A program made the position numbers and the translations under genes. The notes under the pieces were generated by a model that worked only from the letters and a program-made list of their open reading frames with translations, was not told the origin of the DNA and did not search any database. A stretch of 63,600 nt of DNA, counting the filler, from Octopus bimaculoides (Eukaryota), in the NCBI RefSeq assembly GCF_001194135.2. It is 6 parts of 6 records of this genome, joined end to end, with 100 filler letters (N's around TTAATTAATTAA, not from the genome) between each part and the next. Parts side by side here need not be neighbours in the genome. Positions count along the whole stretch, not along the records: positions 1 to 25,184 come from NC_068985.1; 5 more parts are not named here. One strand, given 5' to 3'. How positions within the stretch are numbered: the first letter of the stretch is position 1; every line of letters starts with the position of its first letter. Positions 1 to 11,485 of this stretch are shown here, piece by piece.

Positions 1-439
1 TATATATAGGTAGGTAGGTAGGTAGGTAGAATCAACAAAAAGGTACCCCATCTAATGAGAGATAAATATCAAATTAATACACACAACCAAAGAGCTACTA
101 ATAGTTTCATGCTTTATACTTTAATTAAGCATGTTTATAAAATTCACCATGTATCTCCAAGCAATCTTTCAGGTTCTGTGTATGCGTTAGATACATATTT
201 AAAAAAGGACGTTGGACAATGAGAAAATAAGAAAGAAAAGAAAAGAAAAATTGTGATGCAAAAAATTGAACGGGAAGAAAGAAACGAAAGCAAGAAAACC
301 AAGATCCCCGTCCTCCCTAATTGCAGAAACCATAATTAATGCAGCTAATTTAGAACAAAATAACAGAAAATATGTCAAAGTCTGCGAGACAGCAACCGAA
401 TCTGGAGTGGGTGGTGTCCTCTTGTTCGACAAAAGAAAC

Positions 440-630
440 CTGTCCATGTGTTTGCAGCAGCTAAAAATTTCAGATCTCCCAATGTAGCAAGTATGTCAGT
501 ATGAATGTCATTGGAGGCTAAACCCTTTTTCTGTCGGCACTTGATGCCAAATTTTGTCCATTTTCAAGCGAGGTCGCTCCTAGTCACTTCTAAAGTCATC
601 TCTGAACAGTCAGCTGTCAGTTTACCAGGA
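440..630 (-). mobile_element. Mariner transposase 5' fragment (degenerate)
   Basis: The minus strand reads MDKIWH, then (frameshift) GIKCRQKKGLASNDIHTDILATLGD, resembling the N-terminal helix-turn-helix start of mariner transposases. Confidence 0.65.
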
Positions 631-1226
631 AAGGAATAAGAGTAGTAGAAATTAATACATGCAAGATTTCACTGCTTTAGCATCACTCCTTCATAGTCAG
701 CCTATGAACTTTTCAACATACCTCGTATATACACACATACATACATATAAATATATATATATATACATATAAATATATATATATATACATATAAATATAT
801 ATATATATACATATAAATATATAAATACATATAAATATATATATATATNNNNNNNNNNNNNNNNNNNNNNNNNNNNNNNNNNNNNNNNNNNNNNNNNNNN
901 NNNNNNNNNNNNNNNNNNNNNNNNATATATACATACATACGTACATACATACATACATACATACATACATACAAGCAACATTTGTAGAACATAGAAAGAA
1001 GGTTAGTAACTGTAACTTAATTAAAAAATCGAAAATTAACCTTCTTCCCAACTCTATAAACAGAAGCGAAAACGTGAATGAAGGCCACCACATGGTTTCG
1101 CAGCTAGCGACATTCCAACAGATTCCATAGTGCCTGCCAGCCAAACTACATTACTGGCTCGAGTAACTGACCACTGTCCCCCTACTACGATTATGGTAAA
1201 TAGCAGGCACAACCACAACGATTATT

Positions 1227-1236
1227 GTAGTAGTAA

Positions 1237-1284
<48 letters not shown>

Positions 1285-1300
1285 CAGTAGTAGTAGTAGT
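1227..1300 (+). repeat. (TAG)n microsatellite at the 5' junction of the R4-like element
   Basis: Direct reading: about 24 TAG/AGT units immediately upstream of the retroelement remnant. Confidence 0.95.
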
Positions 1301-4250
1301 CAAGATTATATGCCAGTGAAATGTGCCCTTACTGAAATTTTTGAGAAAAAATAACTTTGGCTTCGAAGAACTCGCTCGAGGAGAGAATATTCTCTACCAA
1401 AGTAAGAACCACCAGATACGGTATTAAAAACTGTTAACGAAATTGGTGATGAATATTTACAACAGTGTGATAGACCCACATTCTGGCAGCTTAACGCCTG
1501 TCTCTATGCTCTGGATGCTACTGCAAAGCAATACAGGAATGACATTCAACAAGTGAACAAAACCGGAATAACAAAGAAAGTACCATCCTGGGTTTTGAAG
1601 ACAGAGAAAAAGGTAACTGGTTTACGGAAGACCATCAGTCGTGTAATGATGCTTATTGCATGCCAAAAAGCAAATCATTATATGTCCCACCAACAGAAAG
1701 TAAAGAAGGAAATAGAAATGATGTTTGGAGACAGCAAAAAGGGGACACTCACTTGCAAACTGATTAGCCTCAAACAGGGGCTAATTGCTGTCAGTGAAAA
1801 ACTCCGACATCAGAAGAGAATAACCGAGAGAACATTAAACAAAAAAATTAACCGCAACCAGGCAGCAGTATACAGAATCATGAGAGGAGGAGCAATAAAC
1901 ATCTCGGAAGCTCCTTCACGAGAGGACATAGACTCCTTCTGGAGGAAAATCTGGAGCGAAGAGAAGGAATTTATCCAAGATGCTCTGTGGCTGGAAGAAA
2001 TCCGAAAAAGTTATTATTCTTGCGTTACATGCAAAACATACAACATTGATGGTGAAACACTTGCAACTGTGATCCAGAAACTCCAAAATGGAAAAGGACC
2101 TGGAAGAGACTTGATTGTTGGATATTGGTACAAGAAGCTAACATTTTACCGACCATATCTTATCAATCTGTACCAGCAAGCTTTCATTGGGAACAGTAGC
2201 ATACCACAGTGGTTAGCTCTGGCAGAGACAAAATTGATCCCCAAATGCAGAACAACCCAGATGGCAAAAAACTACTGGCCAATTGCAAGCCAGAACTTAA
2301 TGCATAAGATATAAACAGCATGTTTAAACCTCTTCCTCCAGGACCATTGTGAAACCAATAACATTATCACAGCAGAACAAGCAGATGGGAGGAAGAGAGT
2401 CTGATGATGCGCCGAGCAACTGTTAATCAACAACACTGTGATGTCAGAGGTGCGAGAGCGAAGGAGGAACCTAGTCTCAATGTGGCTGGACTACAAGAAA
2501 GCCTTTGACTCTGCTCCCCACTCATGGATACTAGAAGCCCTTCAACTTGCTAAAGTTCCAGTGAGAATAGTCGAGGCCATAACCGACCTGACTTCATCGT
2601 GGGCCACCATCTTGAAATTAAACAGAAAGAGTAACTGCATTATAACCGATAGAATACAGTATCGCAAAGGCATATTCAAAGGATACATCCTCTCTGTGAT
2701 GTTGTTATACTTTCTATAAACCCCTTGGCATTCATGTTAAGGAAGGCTGAAGGATATCTCACGGGTTCACAAGGAAACAGGAATACCAAAATTACACACT
2801 GTTCCTTTGTGGATTACTTAAAGCTTTATGCAAAGAATATGCATGAGATGAAAAGAGCCTTGGCCTAGTTACAACATTCTGAAAGGATATAGGGTTGGAG
2901 TTTGGTCAGGATAAATGTTGTTATATGGTTGTGAAAAGGGGGGAAACTATAAACCAGACTAGTAACATCTCCATCAATGATTTGACTGTTTCCCTTGTTT
3001 CTGACGAGGAATATTACACGTATCTAGGGGTGGATGAAAATATATCTTACAAAGGCACTTGTAACAAAACACGTGTCACTAAAGACTTGCAGCCTAATAA
3101 AGAAAATTTGGACCTCAGAACTCTCTGCATTGAATAACATCATAAGACTTGGAAGGCAGCTCCTTGAGCAACACTCTTTGTCTGATAGCCTTGAATACAT
3201 GCTCAAAGAAGTCGCACGACTCTACCACAACATATCAGATGAAGGGATGAGCCTGTATGAGCAGAGGACTACGCATGGCTATGTTAGTAGAAAGCACCGT
3301 GATGATAGTAACATTGATCATCAAAGTAGTTTATCATGGACCAATAGCCAGATTATTACATCCCACTTTGAAGAGTATGCGTTTGCAATCCAGAGACAGG
3401 AAATATCGACCAAGTACCTGATGCACAAAAGGGATAGAGATGCAGGTAAAGCCGTAAAATGTGACAACCAACGCAGACTTTGTAGAGTTCACACTGAAGA
3501 TATCACCCCCATCATAAGCAGTTGTCCGAAAATGTCATCACGGTATTACCTGCCGATGAGACATGATGTTGTAACTAGGACACTCTATAATGAAATCCGT
3601 CGGAAGGATAATCCTGAGGACAGAAAATAAAAACTCACAGTATGGTAGAAGCCATAGTCATTCATAATAAAAATGAATACTGGTGGAATGTACCAGTGAA
3701 GACCCCAATAAAATGTAAGCACAACAGACCTGATATAATGATTTGCGATAGAGATGAGAAACTGTGCACAATTGTGGAAATTAGCTGTCCAGCGGATGTT
3801 AACAGTGAAAAAGAGAACACCTATGCTGAACTATTGAGAAATCTGCAGTTACTCTATCCCGATTACAAGTTCAGGTTTATACCTGTAATTATTGAGATAT
3901 GTAACACCCTGCCTAAATACCAATCTTGAGAAATTGGGCTTCTCAAAACAAGAAAGGACAAAGTTAATTCGAAGATTACAGATCTAATACATCGCTGGAA
4001 CTGTAAAAATCTGTAAAACTTTCCAGAAGTTTACCATTTAAATATATATGAGCATGTCTAGATATGTAACTATATACATGAGAATAAATACATAAAACAT
4101 GCAAATCTGCACATACATACATACATACATACATACATACATACAAAAATACCCTGTTGTTGATGTTGAAATTCCAAGGAACCTTAGATCTAGGTTAGAA
4201 ACCGGTTCTTTCTCTATTGGCAAGAAATCTTGAAACAAACTGAATAATGA
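1301..4250 (+). mobile_element. R4/Dong-like non-LTR retrotransposon (RT + CCHC + RLE endonuclease); 5'-truncated, frameshifted, internally deleted
   Basis: RT motifs in successive frames: KGPGRDLIVGYWYKKL, TKLIPK..KNYWPIASQNL, EQA..RK, WLDYKKAFDSAPHSW, GIFKG.ILS, FVDYLKLYA, LEFGQDKC. Decayed CCHC (RRLCRVHTEDITPIISSCP). RLE motif KHNRPDIM..KLCTIVEISCP. C-terminus GTVKICKTFQKF near 4030. The 3' UTR boundary is approximate. Confidence 0.92.
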
Positions 4251-5450
4251 CATGCATACATACGTACGTACATAAATACATACATATATACATATATACA
4301 CATACACACTCACATTCACACACACTCACACATACATAAAAAGTCAGGTCACATGTATCTACTACCGAAAATATATTATATATATAATTGAGTACAACTT
4401 TGAGTATTGTCGCCTGGTCGGTGAGTAAACTGATAATTATGCTGGATAATACTGATGAGGAGGATTACGAGAAACCCAGCAGGAAAAAAAACTAAAGTCT
4501 ATCAAAAGAACGAATGATAGGGGATAGAAATGCTCGAGGTGATGAAGGAGAGCGTACGGTAAAACCTTCTGACAATGTTGTGACAATGAGTTGTCCTTTT
4601 TAGCCACGGCGAAGACTGTCATGCTGGGAGTCACCTCGAATAAAAGCTTGATTGGTTAAAACAATATAATATTTGATCTACAGCCCCATTTGTAATGGTC
4701 AATGATTTTGGTGGTTGTTTTGTTTTTAGTGAGTTGACGTATGGTCAGTTAAGGCAGTGTGGTGTTGTGCAAGCCACATCTTACCTATTATTACCGATAT
4801 GTTGGGTCGTCTTACATCTTCTAACTGCACATGCGTTACTTAATAAACAATCGCAAAAACGTACCCACGCCACATTCAGAGTGTTGGTGCTGTTGTCAAC
4901 GTGGTCCACGTACATCAGATACGTTTGTTTTATTTAGTTCTTGGTTTTTTTTTGGGGGGGGGGGTTGCATTTGCAGCTATATTTTCCAGTAAGTGCATGC
5001 ATAGTTAGGCCGTAGAGCTCCACGTGCATCATCATATGGTTTGCTTTGTGTGGTCGGTACTAAACAGTGTCAGAGCGGCGAAACGTGATGTGGGTCCGCT
5101 GCCGTTGCCGCTATCTTTCGCTTGCTGCTCACGGTTTGCATTTCCGTCCAGTAATATTTAATCAATTGCAAATTCCTTCGGAGAGTGCTCTTTACGCAGT
5201 TTCGAGGGAGACCGTTACGAGTTTTGAATGGCCTTTTATCATCATCATCATCATCGTCGTCGTCGTCGTCGTCGTCATCATTATCATCAACAACATCTAT
5301 ATGTATGCACACACACACATACACATTCATACATATATATATACACACATACACACACATATTTATATTCATATTTATATATTATGTGCTTGTTATTCAT
5401 GCATACATGCAAGTGTGTATATTTACATAATATATATCAATTACTACGCT

Positions 5451-5486
<36 letters not shown>

Positions 5487-5851
5487 AGTATATATTTTTG
5501 ATGAGTCCTTTGTTCGCTTAACTTTTGTTGTTCTTGTATATCCAAGNNNNNNNNNNNNNNNNNNNNNNNNNNNNNNNNNNNNNNNNNNNNNNNNNNNNNN
5601 NNNNNNNNNNNNNNNNNNNNNNNNNNNNNNNNNNNNNNNNNNNNNNNNNNNNNNNNNNNNNNNNNNNNNNNNNNNNNNNNNNNNNNNNNNNNNNNNNNNN
5701 NNNNNNNNNNNNNNNNNNNNNNNNNNNNNNNNNNNNNNNNNNNNNNNNNNNNNNNNNNNNNNNNNNNNNNNNNNNNNNNNNNNNNNNNNNNNNNNNNNNN
5801 NNNNNNNNNNNNNNNNNNNNNNNNNNNNNNNNNNNATATATACCTATATAA

Positions 5852-5891
<40 letters not shown>

Positions 5892-6348
5892 GTATACTAT
5901 ACATACATACCTTATATATACACGCACATACGCACATACATTCAGATATCCCTACACATATTTGGGTTTATGTGTGTGCTTATATGTATGTATGTATGTA
6001 TGCATGCATGTATGAGTGTATTTATAAAGCAAATATACTTCGTAACAGCTGGCACCATCATCAGTTGCAATCTGACTTTGCCATTACCTGTTGAATAACA
6101 TTAATAGTAGCGCTTTCCTTAGCGCTTTTTTTTTTTGTTCTACTCTTTGTTATTGTTTTTTAGTTTCCCCCGCGTTCTTATCTCTTCTTTACTCGTATAT
6201 GCATGATTCTCTCAATCTATTTGTAGTGATGCAATCGTGGGTTGCCTATTTCTTTCAATCACTCTGTTACTTCCAATACATCTTTGTCTCCTGTCTTTCT
6301 TTCTTTCTCTGTGTGTGTGTGTGTCTCCCTCTCCCTCTCTTTTTCTCT

Positions 6349-6380
<32 letters not shown>

Positions 6381-6563
6381 CCCTCTCTCTCTCTTGCTCC
6401 TTCTCTTTTGCTTATCCTTTATATTGTTTTTCTTATCACTTTTTTTCGGTCTCTTTCCCATATGTTTCAAGAATTGAAAATGTCTTCTAATCTTCCCAAT
6501 TTACTCATTACCATTTTTTTCATAATCACTACTGTACGATAAAGATTTAATCAGTATATAAAG

Positions 6564-6619
<56 letters not shown>

Positions 6620-6620
<1 letters not shown>

Positions 6621-8560
6621 CGTGGGCGGGAACAGTTTTTCCTTTAGGCTTCTTATTTTGAATGTGATCTTGTTTCCTTGTTTTACCTTTAATATGAAGG
6701 GCTTTTCAAATTTTTATGTGAATTCTTTGAAGTTGGTTTCAAACTGTGAAGTTCCTAAATCCATCATCGACATTTACAGACTTTCACATTCTCAACTTCA
6801 GGATACAATGGCGTTGGCCTATGTTCCTCTTTCTTTATAATCGGGTTGGATAACATGCTAGCCGTAAATATGACCGCAGGAATTAGACTTTTGATCGTTG
6901 AATTTACTCGTTTTCAGTCAGGTGTTTCTTTTTGCTTCTATTATTGTTCGCTGTTTGAAGATGTATGTAAGCGTTGTGCTCGATGTTTATTTTAGTAGCA
7001 TCACTTTCCTCGTCAATCGTCTATTTTTATGTGGATTTCTGGAGATTATAGATGGGTTGTCCCTTAATACTTTCCTGTCTAGTTTGGTTTTGTAGTGTAG
7101 TAAACTACAATTGCTCTTTGTTGTAAGTGCATGGTGAACCGTAGGGAGAGTGCTGTCTTTGTATAGCCACTAAAATAGTTGAAGTCATGGAGTTTACAAC
7201 ATTTACGCTTGCAGTCGAATTTATACATCAAATCAAGACTCCAACTACTATATTGGCCATACAGGTACGAAGCTTTCTCGACGGTTCACCATTCATTTAT
7301 AAAAGGGAAAATAGCAATGCTCTACACCAAACTATTTTCCGGCCAGTTCGAAAGCACATCTAGTGCTGGTCTCTTCCACATACTCTTCCACCGCTATAAT
7401 TCTCCAGGTTCAACTCCGGTGATACCTTCGGCATCATCGCCTGAATGTTCGCCACTCATTGACATTGGGAAGAGGGTGAGCTTGCCCGATGTGCATATGA
7501 TCATGGAGATGTTTTTCAACTTCTTCACTACAGAATAGGAATTACACTGAGTTATAACACTTTCACACAGTCTGTAGACATCTTTCTGTCTCCACTGTTC
7601 GGCGCTTCTTGGTGACATTTTTGTCGCTTCTCTCAATAGCTCCTCTTCTAAGGGTATTAGAGCAGAACTCCAAAATAATTTTCTCAAACTGGATATAATG
7701 GTAAATTGTTTTGGAGCACAAGTATTGTTCAGCGGAGTGAGTTTTCTTCGTATGTTTTACACTGCTTTTGCTTTCACTCGTCAAGCTTCTGTTTCCCCCC
7801 ACCCACTCCACTTCTTTTCTGCAGCCAGCCGTCGGCTACTTCTATCCAACCTCCATTCTCTCCCCATCTTCGCAACTAGTTAGGAGGATAGCTTTAAAAG
7901 AGAGTTTTAACGTCATCGTCTTTCGAGGACGAAACGATCTCTGTTATTTCTAAAGCTTCGACTAGTGGTGCTGTTGGTACCTATTGTTCCGATAGCATCC
8001 ACCAACCATCCACCCACTACTATCACATTATCAGCAACAACAATCTATCTTCCTCTATCTTTCCACCAAGCAGCTAGCGTTTGCTGCAACAAGTGTAACA
8101 ACTGATCTTCATGCCTTCCATCACCACTTCCATTGCTCACATGTCTACACCCAAAGTAAGACTAGTACACAGTACCGGAATAACCTCTTCAGTGAGCCTA
8201 AGGACTTGCAAATCCAATCTAGCCCTCGTCCTCGACCATAAGTCGTTCCTCGCACCCGTATTGTACTGCGAAAGTGACAATGAGCCACGAAACAATTTTG
8301 CCGATAATTTCCCACAGGTTGTTTCCTTTGTGTTGCGTTGTCTCGTGTACAGTTTTTATCTCACTATGTATATTCTTGTATCTCACTATCACAATTTGCC
8401 GTTCTGTCCGCTCTAAGTTCCGAAAATCAGGCTGACACTATCGCTCACTTTGCTTCATTCGATGGACAAGACAGTATCTCACATATTGGACTGATCCTCA
8501 TTCAATTCGTCTTTAGAGGACTAGAAAACGCCACCCTCTCATCGTAAGACAAATGTATAT
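6620..8560 (-). other. Unassigned, heavily decayed TE-like coding remnant (possibly LTR gag/pol-like)
   Basis: Non-microsatellite sequence with broken minus-strand frames. It contains RG-rich and Cys/His stretches (RQNCFVAHCHFRS..GRGRG) and weak RT-like strings (RRGAIERS; WRQKDVYRL). No motif is decisive. Confidence 0.25.
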
Positions 8561-8768
8561 CAACTTTCTCCAAGTTTCTTCTGAGACATGAGCCAGGAAC
8601 TAAAGAATCTTGCAATACGCTGATATTACACTTGTTTCTTTGACTGGATCTTGTTTATATATCTAGTATTTCGTTATTTAAATTTGACATTTGCAAAGCT
8701 GCGTTGATGATGATGATGACGACGACGACGATGACGACGATGATGATGATGATGATGATGATGATGAT

Positions 8769-8813
8769 ATAGTTCATATTATAACGGAATGTTCACAGTT
8801 AGCTCAGAATTAT
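8769..8813 (+). mobile_element. Micro-fragment of an R4/Dong CCHC region next to (GAT)n
   Basis: Translates IVHIITECSQLAQNY, matching SECSKLAQKHY of the R4-like copy at about 20950. It follows (GAT/GAC)n at 8706-8768. Confidence 0.55.
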
Positions 8814-8999
8814 ATAATCACTGGAATTTCTGAAAGAAATATGGTTTTGCATGCACAAAAGAATTACGATATTTTCGTGGTAATAAAAATGGGGAACGAT
8901 GATGTGAGGCAGCTCAGTCGTGTGGTTTTCTACAATATATCCTTGTTGAGTATCATATATAGAATGCTATTTTGAAATAATACTACTTCAGTCGCTAAG

Positions 9000-9260
9000 C
9001 ATGAATTTTTACCAAACCTGCCGGCTATTTGCGACACCAGTCAGATGTTAATCACCATTTTTCTTTATCATTAGAGGTTAAATTTGTCTAGGCATGCGGC
9101 TCCTTGTGGATAATTGCTACCAATGATGCACAAATATGCAGAAATCCATATTTAGCAATTCCATCGCCGTCACTGGGCGATTTTCGTCTGCTGCAGATAT
9201 TTTTCTGTGCTTTTTAGAACTATTTGTCTAAAGCTAATGATTTCCCGGGACGAATACTGC
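9000..9260 (-). mobile_element. Possible very old mariner transposase remnant
   Basis: The minus strand gives ENRPVTAMEL....MPRQI/LTSNDKEK, loosely matching mariner ENRRIT..E....RWVPRQLT..HK. Confidence 0.3.
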
Positions 9261-9343
9261 AGTTGCGTGGTTTCTACATTATATCCAATTAAATAAAATA
9301 TGCAGAACGTTATTTTGATGTGTGCGCGGGGAGTTACATGTAT

Positions 9344-9783
9344 GAATCAAAGCAGTTTGGTTCAAACTCGTTGGTACACATGAGTTTCAAGCGTGGTGCT
9401 AGTCGTCAGCCATTTTGAATTTGCATGACAGAAGTTGATTGTTATTACCGTGAGGTGGGCTGCGACTAGTCGAGGAAAGTCACAGGGGGACGTTAGCATA
9501 CCAACACCTACTCCCCCACCAACAACAACAACCTGATTTCCTAGTCGCCACGTGGTCTATTCCTGTACTCCCCGTGGTCTATTTCCTGTTCACCATGCAA
9601 TATTTTCCTACTAACTGTTACCCATATCAAACCACGACGCCGTGCGACCTTCCTCGACCAATCGCAGCCCACCTTACGGTAATAACCATCAGCTTCTGTC
9701 AGACAAATTCAAAATGGCTAGCGATTAGTATCAGCCTTGAAACTCAAGAGTACCGACGAATTTGAATCAAACTGTTTTGATCC
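9344..9783. mobile_element. Fold-back/MITE-like element with ~140-bp inverted arms
   Basis: 9344-9484 is the reverse complement of 9643-9783 with scattered mismatches (e.g. GTTATTACCGTGAGGTGGGCTGCG versus CGCAGCCCACCTTACGGTAATAAC). The spacer is 158 bp. Confidence 0.85.
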
Positions 9784-9801
9784 ATGTGTGTGTGTGTGTG
9801 T

Positions 9802-9837
<36 letters not shown>

Positions 9838-10091
9838 ATGTGTATGTGTGTATGTATGTATGTATGTATGTGTGTATGCATGTATGTATGTATGTATGCA
9901 TGTATATATGTATGCGTGTGTATGTGTAAATGTGTGTATGTATATATGTATGTGCGTGTGTGTGTGTATGCGTGTTTGCAGAAACAAGTAAAAGATAAAA
10001 GACAGAGAGACAGACAAACAGACAGACAGACACACAGACATACAGACAGACACACAGACATACAGACAGACACACAGACAGACACACACAC

Positions 10092-10168
<77 letters not shown>

Positions 10169-10300
10169 TCAATTAGTTATTCATAAGTAAGGCAAAAATC
10201 GGAACAGATCGGTGTATATACATATATATATCGTTGTGTAATATATATCTTGTTATGGAATATAACTAGTCAAAATGATTGATAGCTCTCCTGGCATATC

Positions 10301-10620
10301 AGGCGCATGGCTCAGTGGTTAAAGCGTCGGGCTCACAATCATGAAGTAGTGAGTTCGATTCTTGGACCGGACTGTGTGTTATGTTCTTGAGCAAGACACT
10401 TTATTTCGCGTTGCACCAGTTCACTCAGCTGTAGAAATGAGTTGCGACGTCACTGGTGCCAAGCTGCATCAGCCCCTTTGCCTTGCCCTTGGATAACATC
10501 GAGGGCGTGAAGAAGGGACGCTGGTACGCTGGTCTTACATAAACAACCTTGCCTGGATTTGTGCTTTGGAGGAGAACTTTCTTGGTGCAATCCCATGGTC
10601 ATTCATGACCGAAAGGGGTC
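10301..10620 (+). mobile_element. tRNA-derived SINE family D (CORE-like central domain)
   Basis: A box TGGCTCAGTGG, B box AGTTCGATTCTT, and central TTCTTGAGCAAGACACTT...CAGCTGTAGAAATGAG resembling the CORE domain. Confidence 0.75.
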
Positions 10621-10737
10621 GTTACCTCAGACATAGCCTTACATTATGCAAGTATATTCGAGACTAATGTTTAAGAGCACCGTAGGTCTGAAGAGTCATC
10701 AGTAACCAACACGAAAATGGCGGTAATATTCTGTCCA

Positions 10738-10825
10738 AAGGCGACGAACTGGCAGAAACGTTAGCACGCCAGGCAAAATGCTTAGGGGCATTTCGACTGC
10801 CGTTACGTTCTGAGTTCAGTTCAGT
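10738..10825 (+). mobile_element. tRNA-derived SINE family C, 5' part
   Basis: GAACTGGCAGAAACGTTAGCACGCC...GTTCTGAGTTCA head shared with the copies at 24841, 46434 and 53345. Confidence 0.75.
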
Positions 10826-11485
10826 GGTTAGTATAGCTTTTAATTCCAGAGTTGGGATCTTCCATAAGTATATTACTGCATATCTTCCATATGTATATCT
10901 TCCATATGTATATCTTCCATATGTATATCACTGCATATCTTTCCCGCCTTCTCTCCGGGGAATAGAGCTTCAGTTCTGGTAGCCTCTCCCAGTAGCTCAT
11001 CTGTTTCACCGAGTCAATCTTCTTTGTGGAGTGGCGCTGGATTGTCTCAAGCTCCGCCACCAGTTTGATGCTCTGTTGGGAGCAGTAATCCAGACGACTG
11101 AGAGCAAAAGTCCTCCAAAGGAGTAGCAAGGTATTCTTATTTCTGGTTCTGAGTGATCTAAGAATCCATCCAGTTATTCACCTGCACAATGTTGTCATCT
11201 TGGTAATATGCACATGGACTGTAGTATTATTACTCATGTGGATTCCCAGATCACGTACCGATTCTATCTCTGAGACTGCACACCCACTGGTCCTATGTAT
11301 CCCGATTTTGGTTTGTCTGTGAAGCGATAGTGGAGTGTTTGAAACTTTTAAGCATTCGATTGCATGTTATTATCATTAGCCTACTTGTATACTCCATGGA
11401 GGTCGTTTTGCAGTTTTGGTATGTCATCAGGGTCCTTGGCCACCAGTGATACTTTTGTATCATCAGCGTAGCTGGTGAGAGTGGC
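10826..11485 (-). mobile_element. CR1/L2-like LINE reverse transcriptase, C-terminal fragment
   Basis: SYADDTKV...KLQNDL..VY (RT YADD motif), SRLDYCSQ, ELETIQR, YWERL.ELKLYS.ERRRERY.VIYIWKI. Confidence 0.85.

Noticed and set aside
4440-4480. CUGAUGA...GAAA with flanking UGCUGG/CCAGCA
   Set aside because: There is no room for stem I (3 nt) and stem II does not pair, so it is not a valid hammerhead.
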